DNA from: Eledone cirrhosa
Taxonomy: Eukaryota
Direction of reading: 5' to 3'
Length of the DNA: 64,000 nt
Assembly (NCBI GenBank): GCA_964016885.1
Contig: OZ024741.1
Span: 232,066,001-232,130,000, forward strand
Position 1 is the stretch's first letter. Every line of letters starts with the position of its first letter. The notes under the pieces were generated by a model. That model did no database searches. It was not told the DNA's origin and was given only the letters and a program-made list of their open reading frames with translations. Below are positions 24,457 to 40,500 of the stretch, piece by piece. Position numbers and translations under genes: made by a program.

Positions 24457-27332
24457 CTCTTTGAGTCTCAGTCATTGATGTTATTTAACTGGAAATGTTG
24501 TTGAAATGAATATCAAGCCACTACCTGCAGCCTCAGATATTCAGGACGTTTCGGAGGGTTCTTGCTGTTCCCAGCAAGCATGCCTTTTGAAGCGTTCCAA
24601 AAAGCGTGAAGGGCCAATTTTCTTTAACCATCCCTGGAAACATTTTGAGATAGTCCCTAGTGCGCCTATGACAATCGGGATCACTTTGACTTCATGGCAG
24701 TTCCAAATCCTTTTTAGCTCCCACTTTAAGTCCTGGTATCGGTTAATTTTCTCCCTCTCCTTCTCTTGCACTCTCGTGTCGAATGGGCAGGCCACATCCA
24801 CAATCAGGCACGATCTCTTTTCTTTGTCGACAACCACCAGGTCAGGTCTATTGTGTTCCAGTTACTTGTCCGTCTGTATCCTAAAATCCCACAGCATCTT
24901 CACCTGATCGTTTTCTACCACCGCCTCTGGCTTATGCTCATACCACTTCTCAGAATGTGGTAAATTGTTTACTTTGCATAGGTGCCAGTGGATCACCCTG
25001 CCCATCACATCATGTCTCCAGCACTTATAGTGCGTCTGGGCTAGGAGTTTACACTCGGATACAATGTGAGCCACAGTTTCCTCTCTCTCTCTCCACAGAT
25101 CCTGCACAGTGGGCTAGCCTCCTGCTTGTAAATATGGTGTTTCAACCACTTCGTTTTGAGAGCCTGCTCCTGCGCAGCCTTTAACATTCCGTTTGTAGCC
25201 TTTTTAAGGTCTCCTCTTTTCAACCAGTTCCATGTCTGTGGATCTCTAAATTCAGTTATCTCAAAGAAGGTACTATGAAGGGATTTTTCCTGAAGGTTGC
25301 TCTTTCTCCTTGATGTTATTTCCTCCTTGGACATCCCCTCGCCTATTCTACCCTCCTTCAGCACAGTTCTGAGCATTGGCTCCTTACTATCAGTCACGTA
25401 TTTGTGTAGGTTGTTTTTCTCCATGCTTATAAGGCCTCTTCCACCTTCAGATCTTCTTAAGTAGAGTCTATCGACATCTATCCTCTTGTGGAACATGTTG
25501 TAGATAGCCAATAGCTTCCTAGTCTTCCTATCCATTTCTTTTTGTTCAGCAACATTCCATCTCAGAATTCCCGCACGGTACCTAATAATAGACACAGCTC
25601 GGGAATTTACTGCACTTATGGCATTCCTACTGTTCAGATGTAACTTTAATACGCTCCTTACTCTCCGAATATATTCAGTTCTTATCAATTCCTTCATTTT
25701 TTTTGTTCTTGATGTCATTAGCCTCCAGAACGCCCAAATACGTGTATCCTTCTTCAGAGTCAATTTCCTTTATCATCTCACCTGTTGCTACCTGGATTCC
25801 GTTACTTCTGCTCAGCTTACACCTCTTCATCACAATGACTCCACACTTACTAATACCAAATTGCATACATATATAATTGCTGAAAATACGGACAGTGTCA
25901 ACAAGCACATCCAACTCCTTCTCACTCTTCCCGATGAGCCTAAGATCGTCCATGAAGAGGAGGTGATTGATGGTAAGCCCTCCCTTTCCCAACCTGTATC
26001 CTGCTCTTACTATTCGTAGTACACTGGTCAGGGGCATCAGGGCAAGTACAAACAACAGAGGGGACAGACTATCTCCCTGGAAGATACCTCTCTTGATCTT
26101 TACGCTTCCCAATGATTCTCCAGTTGATGTTAACTCTGTTTCCCAGGACTTCATACTTTTGCCCAACAACTGTCTGATGTTATCTGCCACCTTGAAGATC
26201 TCCAGGCTTTTGCTGATCCAAGAATGAGGCACCATGTCAAATGCCTTTTTGTAGTCTATCCATCCCATGGCAAGACCATGTGTGTCTCCTCTTGCAATTC
26301 CTCATTACCTTCTTATCAATAAGTAACTGGTCCTTTGTACCACGTGACTTCTTTCGGCATCCTTTCTGTTCGTCCGGTAACAAGTTGTTTGTGTGGAGGT
26401 GATGGTAGATTTCCTTAGACATAATGCTTGTCAACAGTTTCCACATTGCGGACAGACATGTGATAGGTCTATAGTTGGTAACATCATTACCCTTGATTCG
26501 GTCCTTCATTATCAGAACTGTGGTACCTTTTGTCAACCACTCTGGTACCTCACCTGACATCAAGCAGTCATTGAACATGGTTGTCAGTTTCGGGTGGAGG
26601 GATGTTATACTTTTAATCCAATACCCCTGCACACCATCTGGGCCTGGTGATTTCCAGTTGGTTAGTTTTTTGGCCTGCCCCCTAAGAGTTTCAACTGTGA
26701 TACTCAAATCAGTTTGTTGGTGTGCCTGTTCACTAATCTCCTTCTGTACTGTCTCAATCCACACTGCCTGGCCATTATGTTTAACATCCTGCTCCCATAT
26801 TCCTCTCCAGAATGTTCAGTTTGTTCCGCCTCAGGGATCAAGTCGTTGCCTCTTTCTTTCCCTTCAAGCTGTCCAAACAGCATCTTCTGGTTGTTGTCGA
26901 ACATGCGGTTCTGTCTATACTGACTGACTCTGCTCTCGTATCGCCTAATTTGTGCACTCTTTGCTACAATGCGTTGCTTCAGTTCCTCTATGATAATATT
27001 TAGCTTTTTCCTCCTAGTTTTGTACTTTATTTCCAGTCTATTTTTAGTGTCTATGTTTCTAGTGTCCCATTCAGTAGCGACTCAAGCTTCCCAATGTCAT
27101 TTCTCATTTCCCTGATTTGACCACTCAGTCGTTTCTTCCACCAAGGCTCTGCTCTTTCTTGTTTGTTGTTTCCACTCGCTTTTATACCAATTAGTTTCCT
27201 CACCGTATTTGCTGTTGCTTTGAGGATATTGTTGCACTGGTGAAGGCTCCTCGCCTCAAGGTATGGGATGACTTTGTTTACCTTAGCTGGTGTTTCTTTT
27301 AACTTGTTCCTGTCTACAAATCTTAGGTTCAT
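24457..27332 (-). mobile_element. R4/Dong-clade element copy 3 (5'-truncated)
   Basis: GIFQGDSLSPLLF, HLLFMDDL, RLE motifs; (TAA)n tail at 24408-24456. Confidence 0.95.
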
Positions 27333-27377
27333 ATTATTATTATTATTATTATTATTGTTATTATTATTGTTGTTGTT

Positions 27378-29238
27378 GTTCTTTGAGTCTGAGTCATTGA
27401 TGTTATTTAACTGGAAAGTTTGTTGAAATGAATATCAAGCCACTACCTGCAGCCTCAGATATTTAGGACGTATTGGAGGCTTCTTGCTGTTCCTAGCAAG
27501 CATGTCTTTTGAAGTGTTCCAAAAAGCGGGGCTGGATTAACCTTCTTTAACCATCCTTGAAAACTCTTTGAGATAGTACATAGTGCGCCTATGACAATCG
27601 GGACGACCTGATTTCGTGGCAGTTCCAAATCCTTTTTAATTCCCACTTTAAGTCCTGGTAGCGGTTAATTTTCTCCCTCATCTTTTCTTGCACTCTCGTG
27701 TCATATGGGCAGGCTACATCTACAATCAAGCACGATCTCTTTTCCTTGTCCAAAACCACCAGGCTAGGCCTATTGTGTTCTAATTTCTTTGTCTGTATCC
27801 TAAAATCCCACAGCACCTTCACCTGATCGTTTTCTATCACCGACTCTGGCTTATGCTCATACCACTTCTCAGAATGTGGTAAATTGTTTACTTTGCATAG
27901 GTGCCAGTGGATCACCCTGAATATCACATCATGTCTCCAGCCCTTATAGTGAGTCTGGGCTAGCTGTTTACACTCGGATACAATGTGAGCCACAGTCTCC
28001 TCTCTCGCTCCACGGATCCTTCACAGTGAGGTAGCCTCCTGCTTGTAAATATGGGGTTTGACCCACTTCGTTCTGAGGGCCTGCTCTTGCGCAGCCATTA
28101 GCATTCCTTCTGTAGCCTTTTTAAGGTCTTCTCTTTTAAACCAGTTCCATGTCTGTGGATCTCTAAATTCAGTTTTCCTAAAGAAGGTATTATGAAGGGA
28201 TTCTTCATGAAGGTTTCTCTTCCTTCCTGTTGTTATCTCCTCCTTGGACTTCCCCTGGTCTATTGTTTTCTCCTTCGGTACTATTTTGAGCATTGGCTCC
28301 ATACTCTCAGTCACGTATTTGTCCAGGTTGTTTTTCTCCATCTGAACACAGTCCTCTATGCTGATAAGACCTCTTCCACCTTCATATCTCTTTAAGTAGA
28401 GGCTATCAACATCACACCTCTTGTGGAACATGTTGTAGATATCCATTAACTTACTAGTCATCCTATCCATTTCTTCTTGTTCAGCAACATTCCATTTCAG
28501 AATTCCCGCACTGTACGCAATAATAGACACAGCTCGGGAATTCACTGCACTTATGACATTCATGCTATTTAGATGTGACTTTAATACTCTCCGAATGTAC
28601 TCAGATCTGATCAATTCCTTCATTTTTCTGTTCTTGATATCATCTGCCTCCAGAACCTAAATATGTGTATCCTTCTTCAGTGTCAATTTCCTTTATCATC
28701 TCACCTGTTGGTACCTGGATTCCGTTAATTCTGCTCAGCTTATCCCTCTTCATCACTAGGACTCCACGCTTACTAATACCAAATTCCATACATATATCTT
28801 TGCTGAAAATATGGACACTGTCAACAAGTACATCCAACTCCTTCTCACTCTTAGCAAAGAGTTTAAGATCGTCCATAAAGAGGACGTGTTTGATGGTAAG
28901 CTCTGCTTTTTCCAACTTGTATCCTGCTCTCACTTTTCGCAACGGTCATGGGCTTTCAGAGCAAGGACAAACAGCAGTAGGGACAAACTATCTCCCTGGA
29001 AGATAACTATCTTGATCTTCCCGCCTCCCAAGGATTCTCCACCCGATGTTAACTCTGTTTCCCAGGACTTCATACTTTTGCTCAGCATCTGTCTGATGTT
29101 ATCTGCCACATTGAAGATCTCTAGGCTTTTGGTTATCCAAGAATGAGGTACCATGTCGAATACCTTTTTGTAATCTATCCATTTGTAATCTATCCATCCC
29201 ATGGCAAGACCAGTATGTCTCCTCTTGCAATTCCTCAT
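27378..29238 (-). mobile_element. R4/Dong-clade element copy 4 (5'-truncated)
   Basis: Same motifs, with a small WIDYK duplication; (TAA/CAA)n tail at 27333-27377. Confidence 0.95.
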
Positions 29239-29439
29239 TTCCTTATGATAATTCCTCGCGCCCTTATAATATCTGTCACTATAACTGGCCCTCTGAATTA
29301 CGACATTATAACGCTATGTGTGTATTTGTTTATTTTATATATTTGTGTGTATGTGACTTCTATATATCAGCCATTACGCTTCTCACTTAAAGCACATTCG
29401 GTATACATGCCCAACGCTGTATGCCAGCCACTACCTCGT

Positions 29440-32435
<2,996 letters not shown>

Positions 32436-32689
32436 CCGAAGAGATTGTGTTGGTAAAAACAGGAGCAAGCAAGAGAAAGCTCTGAACATTCGTAGTTTGT
32501 AGTTACGATGGAGATTCAGTATAAAATTAACATAAGCAAAGATGGTGATGTTACATAAATCGTGTAATCATTTTTAATTATTTCAACGGTCCTCCCATGC
32601 AATCAAGATGTGTTTCATGCATCATTTATTGTTGTTATGAGAACGAAAAGTGGACGTAAAATGATGATGATGATGATGATATAGCGTGT

Positions 32690-32880
32690 AATGTGTTTCG
32701 AAATATTTACTGCTTTGCTCACAGATTGATTTTTTTAGTTTCAGAAGATCCCGTTAAGGGTAAAAGCAGCGATTCTTTGCTTAAACTTTAATCTGTTATA
32801 TTATATATATATATATATAATTATATATTCGTGTACAGATATTTTTGCATACACTAAAACAAAATATAAACACCAGCAAA
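32690..32880 (+). mobile_element. Fragment of Helitron-associated repeat family
   Basis: Matches 62617-62792. Confidence 0.7.
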
Positions 32881-32949
32881 AACAACAAAATGAGAGGGAA
32901 CGCAATTACACGATTTTGAAAAATCGTAATGGAAAATTATTTGGCTATT

Positions 32950-35900
32950 CCCCCAAGGAGAATTCTCATTTTATTAGGACTTCTACATCAATTGGTGAAC
33001 ATACGACGAAACATTGAAATGAGCAAGACAACACCACTCTCCTTGCTGGAATCGAGGACAGGACGACCATGCTGCTAGTGGAGAAAATAGGGAGAGAGAC
33101 CTGGTCAGGTATAGGCATGCAAATGCTAATAAAAACTGACCAGAAGTGTATGGAAGCTATCCCCGATATCATAGACCTCGAGGAACGACTCCAACTACAT
33201 ATAAGCGTAGAAGAGAGGCGCCTAAAATTCTAACTCTGTGGGACAAAGAGTCACCTCAGGGCCTTTTGCCCGCAGAAGACAGTGAAGAAGAAGGCCCTCG
33301 CTTCCAATGCCTGGTCTGCTGCTACAAAGAGCAGGGTAGGCAACAAAGGCAGAAGACCCTTCCGTGATGAGTAGGAGGGCAATGTCCGTAGCACCCATAC
33401 CAAGACAACGGACAACTAAAACAGCAGCAGCAGTGACGGCAACACCAGTAGTTCCATTTGCAGTAATTTCACCAGCACCAACATCGCCGGAGAGGGCTAC
33501 ACCACCACCACCAACAGCCATGGAGCACCTACTCCTCCCAGACGCCACGTAAATCGACTTGGAGTATAAGACGGGAGTGAATTGGTAAACGGTCTGCCAC
33601 AAAAAAAAAGAACCCCTTAGCTTCACCCTCCAAAAGCGAAGGCGAACAAACAGGGATAAAGGCTGCAATGCGACACGCAGCAACGCACCCACTACCAACC
33701 ACCACCACACCACCACCAGCATCACCGCAAACATCAACATCGCAAACACAAGACAAACATACCCAACAGCAGCAACAAGAAAACAGTAACAAAACAAAAG
33801 CAACCCCAACACATTACACAGCAATAAACATGGCAAATAAAGAACTCTTAGAACATATAAAGCAGCACACAGATATTACGGACAAAAAGTACTACACCCC
33901 ACCAACACCAAGACTTTCCCATTATTTAAATTAAAATAGAACATTATAAACATTTAAAAGTAAATTCCCCAACGCAGTTGGAGTCTTCAGAGGTTATGTT
34001 ACCAAAAGAATATATACCGACATTTTCTTGGAGACACTCATGACCAGCCAAAGGGACGGTTCAGCTGTCCCTTTCCCATACGATCAGGGTGGGTGATCCT
34101 TTCTCACTTACGCCACGCCTCAGCCAACATGGTCTTGCCTTAGAATAGACAGTATAAATGTACGTGGCCTGGGTGGGGTCAGCTTGTAAACTGCCACCTT
34201 CTTAACGATCTCAGATCACTAAATATAGATGTGATGACCATCAGCGAGACCAGCATTTCCGAAGCACGATCTTCGGCAGCTACGATATATACGCATCTCC
34301 CAGCCGTCCGGGAGTGGGGGCGGAATTGCTGTGCTTTTTCAGAGTGGCTTGGATCTCGCCATACGGGCAATCTTCCTGCACCCAGAAGGTAAGTAGTTGG
34401 TACTGGATGTGACAGGCAGCGAACGCAATGCTTGCAGGTTAGTAGCCTTCTACACCCCAACAAGTGCAAGACGGACAGATTTCTTCAGGCGTCTAGAGAC
34501 CTTTCAGGGAACGTCCCACTCTTTAGTGTTAGTGGATGACTGGAACGGTATCTTAGGTGCAAGCTGGGATTTTGTGGGGCTAGTAAATAAGGGAGGAGCA
34601 TACAGATCGTATCGAGATAGGGTATTCTGTAGGAAAACAGATGAGGCTAGAGTAGGTCGTCCACAATATAATGTAGTCGACTACACCGACCAAACATTTG
34701 TGATCTGTGAAGACAACTTATATAGATTTCAAGGACCCGGTTACTGGAAGCTGAACGCCTCTTTCCCGGCGCGCAAAGCTTATAGAGACCGGATGAGCGA
34801 ATTAGTTAAGTGTGCGTTGACGGGTGGTAGTTTACACAGAAAAGGGCAATTATAATAGAATCGATAAGGTTTAGCAAAGGAGTAAAGATAGAGGAAAATA
34901 GAGTAGAAGGAGAGCTAGTTAGAAAGCTATAAGCGGCGGTTAGGATAGGCATCGCAATCGACGTGCTTGCGGCGAGATTGGCACTCGAACAATTCTTCAA
35001 AGCAAAGCACGAACGCTGCGTTGTCAGAGTTGAGAGTGTACTCTGAGACAAGGGGGGCAAAAGTTGTCCGATGGATCCGGGTGGTGGAGGCGTGACGTGG
35101 CAACAAAGGCACAATTCAAAACTTTTCTGACCAAAATGGGCGCAAGTTACGCGAAACCGAGCAAATGTGTGAGGCTTTTCAGCAGTACTTTGCTCAACTG
35201 CTTGGGAATGGCGGAGGGCCGGATCGGAATATGAACTTCATTGCATACCGCGAGGGACTGCCGCAGCTCTCGACGAACGCAGCGCAGTATTGCGAAAAGG
35301 CGATAACAGCAGGTAAAATACGGGAAGCGGTGTCTGACTGCACGAGGGGTAAATCGCCAGGTTTAGATGGTCTGCCATACGAACTGTACAGTATATGTAC
35401 ATGCCAGACTTGTTTGGTTAACTTTTGGCAGATGTCTACTGCAACTGGCAGCAGAATGGCAGAATTCCCAGGTTTGTGAGCCGGGGAGCGGTGGCGCTGT
35501 TTTGAAAAGCCCCGAAAAAGGGGGATGTTATAGGCAACTTTTGAGCCATAACTCTGTTAAACGCAGTTTCAAGATTTTTCCCGATGTGTTAGCAACGAGA
35601 TTGACGCTTGTTGCTGGTGATCTGGTGGGACAGGCGTAGACATGCGCCATTCCAGACAGATTTATCCAGGACAACCTCCAACACTTGAGATACATCATAG
35701 AGAGGGTGGTTAAGGAACCTGGCACGGGTAGCGCCCTAATCAATTTGGATCAATCTAAAGCATTTAATAGGGTCGACCATCAGTATATGGCTGCGATGCA
35801 CAGCGACATCTGCTCAGTTATGAAGGTGAACGGTCGTCTGTCACAGCCGTTCAGCATCATGTGCTCGGTCCGCCAGCGGTGTCCCCTCTCATCGCTATTG

Positions 35901-37318
35901 TACGTATTGTCCCTAGAGCCTCTACTGCGCAAATTGGAGGCGATGAGGGGTGACCCACGCGATCTTGGATATGGGAGATCCGTATCGGTTTACGCCGACG
36001 ACGTCACCGTGGTGGTGTCACGCACCGGATATGTCCAGATGCTCAGTACCGCTCTCAATGAATATGAAGCAGTGACAGGAGCAAAGTTAAACCAGGAAAA
36101 GTCGATGGTCTTGCAGCTCGCCACCTGAAGAGACAAATCCATGCTGTCCAACAGTGATGTGCGGCGCTGGACGGAAGGACCCGTTAAATTGCTTAGGGTC
36201 TGTTTCGGTTCTGACCACCAGATGGATAAAGTCTGGAGCGAGTTAGTTAGCAGGGTGGCCTCTCTCACCCAGAAAAGGACTGAGCGGAAGCTATCCCTGA
36301 AATGTTAGTCAGAGGTGGCGAATGCGTTCATCGCATCTGTCATCTGCTACCGCCTAACCGTTGTGCCTTTTCCCCGGCTCAACTCTGACAAAAATGGAGC
36401 GCCTCCTCCTCCACTTTCTATGGAAGCGATGTGCTCTCATGTTCAGACGATCCATCTGCTGTCAGCACCCGTTGCGTCGAGGACTGGAGAGGCCGTGGTT
36501 GATGCTGCGCAAACATGCGCTGAGGCTGCAACATCTCTGGTGCTTCCTTGATAGTGACCATGTGAGGTTGCTGTTTGCCAGGAGTGTTTTTTCCCAGCTC
36601 GTCTCACTGAGGGAGCTGCAGTCCTAGATCAGGAAAAAACCGAGGGATAGCGCTTGGGAGGTGGAATCTCTCCAAGTGCTGACAGGTTTTTACCAGCTGG
36701 GCTCTAGTATCGCTGGAATTCCACATCGGCGTTCTAAAGAAGAATAGTGGAGGGGAAGAGTGACGACGTTCTCGGAGAGACCCTCGCCGTCGAAAATGAT
36801 CAGCTGTTAACCCTCTTCAACGGAACTTTCAGCCTGGTGGCCATCGCGAAAGAGATTGTATGGTGGACAAGGTTGAAAGGATTGAAGACGGACAATATTC
36901 TCTTCGGCGAATCCCTAATTAACTTTTTCAAATTTCACTTGAATAGGAAAATCAGGGTGGAGTGGCAAGTGTTGTCTTCTAGTAAGTTTGTTGAACGGTG
37001 GGTGAAAATGGCGAATCTGGTCCGAGTGAACGGGCCCGAACTGAGAAAGGGCGCTTGCCCTGGTGGACAGGGTGACCGCAGTCTTTTGTGTGGTTTTCAC
37101 CGCGAGTGGCTCTCGGAGGTTTCCCCCCTATTGGGGAATTTTTCTTGTTTAAAATGTTTTGAATAGTTTTTACTCGTTTCTATCTTCTTCTTATAACCTT
37201 TTTACACGGACAAAACCCACTTTGTATAGTGCTGTATCGTTCTGTGCCGTCTGTAATGTTTTTCTTCATGTTAGCCCTTGCGGCCAATAAAGAAACGATT
37301 ATTATTATTATTATTATT
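32950..37318 (+). mobile_element. Decayed near full-length L1/Tx1-type LINE
   Basis: APE (SINVRGL ~34155, LVAFY.P, VLVDDWN, GPGYWKLN), RT (KSPGLDGLPYE, LDQSKAFNRVDH, SVRQRCPLS.LLY, YADDVT); AATAAA + (ATT)n end; 5' boundary approximate. Confidence 0.9.
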
Positions 37319-37334
37319 TAGAGGGTCGGACGTC

Positions 37335-37520
37335 ATGCTTTGCAGCATAGAGTTACGGTTCTTTAGGATCTGAGTTCAAATCCCGCCGAGGTTAACTTTG
37401 GCCTTCATCCTTATGGGGTCGATAAAATAAAGTACCAGTCACGCACTGGACTCGATTTAATCGACCTTCCCCTGGCCCCAAATTACTGGCCTTGTGCCTA
37501 AATAAGAAACCATTATTATT
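37335..37520 (+). mobile_element. tRNA-derived SINE
   Basis: B-box GAGTTCAAATCC, core CCTTCATCCTTATGGGGTCGATAAAATAAAGTACCAG, (ATT)n tail; three copies in the window. Confidence 0.85.
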
Positions 37521-40500
37521 GGGAGTACAGGTGTGAAGACGTTTTAAGTCTGCCATACATGATGTTCGTAATTTTGAGTTGTTTTAATGTATAACTTCCT
37601 CTATTTTCTTGTTGATAACGGGACATAAGGTACTCACCTAGGCTCCGAGGAGGAGAGACATTTCAACTATTCGAGCCTTAAGCCCGAACATTTGGATTTA
37701 TTGTTATTTTTTTAAACTTTGAAAAGTCATTTTCCAAAAAAGAACATGGAAGATTTGACCTTGAATCTGAGAGAATGGTACAAGGGAAGGGATCTATAAA
37801 CAGTAATCATTCCTCTTTACCACCTCCAACCGGCGTCACCACCACTGCCGCTCCCACCACCATAACCATGAAAATAAACAACAACACAATAAACAGTAAT
37901 AACGGTAGAAGCAGCAACAACAACTAAAACAACAATAACAACACCGTCACTAACAACAACAACAGCAAGAACGATAAAACCAACAACAAGAGCAACAGTG
38001 AGAGCAGCAACATACTGAACGGCAACAGCACAGACGCGGTGGCGGCGTCTGCGAAAACAAACCGTTTTTGTTAACGTCGATATCACAGACAAGGAGGAAC
38101 AGTTGGCTCAGGCGTGGAATTTAATTAAACGCGAGAAATCCTGGGCCAACCTAACCATCCTGGACGAAGCAATAGCGGGTATGTAGAGGAGGACATTCGA
38201 TGCATTACAGTGCAGATTCGCCAACCAGGCAGAAGTGGAGGCTGCTTTGGAATGCATCAAAGATAATATTGAGAACAAAGCAACGGTCAAACAGTTCGGT
38301 AACATCTCGGGAGTGTTCAAAACCAATGCCTTCACTTTTAAGCACTCCGTGACCCCCTGAAGGACGGAACGCATCGGTATGCACTCGTCCTATATGGGAA
38401 AAAGAACAGCAAAGGTCCTCATTCCTAGGATCCCACCAGCAATGAAACTATGGTGGCTCCTGGGATACGTAATCGAGGAGGATACCGACAATAACGCCGT
38501 AGATATTAAAAAGACTGACAGAGAGGACTGGTCCGGGATGGATTTGGAGATTCTTCTCCAAATAAAACCAACAATCTAAATAAAATCCCGGGCTTTGCCC
38601 GCCTGCAGGACGGGACAATTATTCTATTGGTTACTGAGGGTAGAAGGACACTCTGATTCGTCTGCGGGAAAGAACGCATCTGCGAGCCTTTTGCCCTCAG
38701 ATAAAAAATGCAGGTGGCCGCAAACTTCCTTTGCTGCCAACGCCAGCGTCGATACCGACAGCCCCACCAACAGCAAAGACAGTCGAAACACCACCGGCAC
38801 CAAAACCAACCAGGGGGAAACGAGGAAAACCCTCCCATCCTCACCCTTCACTGTTAGCGGGGGATTGGAACGGCATATTAAACGCACGCTGGAATTGTGT
38901 GGGAGTAGCTGATAGTAACAGGGGGTTCAAAAGCCTCAAGTACCTAATCAGCCAGTTCCAACTGTCTGACAGGTACCGATTAGATATCCCTAATGCGCCA
39001 GTGTAGACCTTGGACCAACGGTATAGGCTTATCTAGATCATATATAACCATGATTTTTATTAGGAAAATAGATAAAAATAGTGTAGGCAGTCCACGTTTT
39101 TAAACGGTCGCCTATTCAGATCACAAGTTTGTGATCTGTATGGTAGATCTAAATAAGACGCGAAGGTTAAGACCTGTTTACTGAAAGCTGAAAATGTCGT
39201 TTCCGGCACGTAAAGCTTAGAGGGACCGGGTCAACAATTTAATTAAGCAAAAGATGACAGAGAGGGTGGTTCGTCAACAACAGATGGTGGGGGCTCTCAA
39301 AAGAGAGATTAGAGTAATTTTGATAGGGATTAGCAAAGAAGTAGTGTTAGAGAAAAATAGGAAGGAGTGGAAGCTGGTAGCTAAGTTAGACGAGGCTATT
39401 TGTAGTGGCATTGCAACTGACGTGTTAGCGGCGAGAATGGCATTACACAATTTCTTCAATGTCTAACACGAAGGTTGTATTGTCAGGGTAAAGGCGCGTG
39501 CTCTGAGAAACGAGGGAACAAAAGCTGTTCGATGGGTGGTAATAAAACCACAATTAGATCTTTGATGTACCGAGACGGACACGAGCCGAGCGATTCCTAG
39601 AGAATGTGTGAGGCCTTTCACCAGCACTTTTCTCAGTTGTTTTGGGAGAGTGATGGGTCAGAGACAGTAGCGGATTTCACTCCCTATCTCGACAACATGC
39701 CGTGATTCTCGATGGTCGACGTTGAGCGCTGCGAAAGGCCGATTACTTCAGCCTAAATTCAGGATTCCTTTGTTAACCGGTTTGGATAGTCAGTCCTACG
39801 AACTTTGCATAAATATGCCAGGTTTGTTCACTGATCTCCTCGGATCACTCTACTGCAACCAACTGGCAGTAGAATGGGAGTATTCCCAGTTCTGTGAGCC
39901 GTGGCGTAGTGAGGCTGATAAGGAAAGGCGAGAAGAAGAGGGACACATTAGACAACTTCAGGCCCATAACTCTGCTCAACACAGAGTTTAAGACTTTGGC
40001 CAAGGTGTTAGTGAAGTGGTTGGTGCTTGTCGTCTAGGATTTGGTTGGGGAGGCGCAAACTTGGGCAATGCCGACCAGGTCCATAAATGACAACCTCCAC
40101 TTCATGAGATACATCATAGAGAGTCTAGGGTGTAAACTTGGCTTCACGGGGGCTCTGATCAATTTAGATCCATTTAAATCATTCGATATGGTCCAACATC
40201 TGTACCTGGAAACTGTCATCAAGGCAGCTGCCTCGGCTCCGTCTTCAGACGCTGGATCACTGCAATACAGAGCGGTATCTGTTCGGTGTTAAAAGTTAAT
40301 GGTCACCTCTCAGAACCGTTTCAGATCACCCGATCGATCCATCAAAGGTGCCCCCTCTCTTCCCTTCTGTACGTATTGACTCTCGAGCCATTACTGCGGT
40401 AGCTGGAACTGTTGAAGGGTATCCCTCTCGAACCGGGACACGGAAAGGCTGTATGGATTTATGCGGACCACATCGCAGTGATGGTGTTGGACACGTCGGA

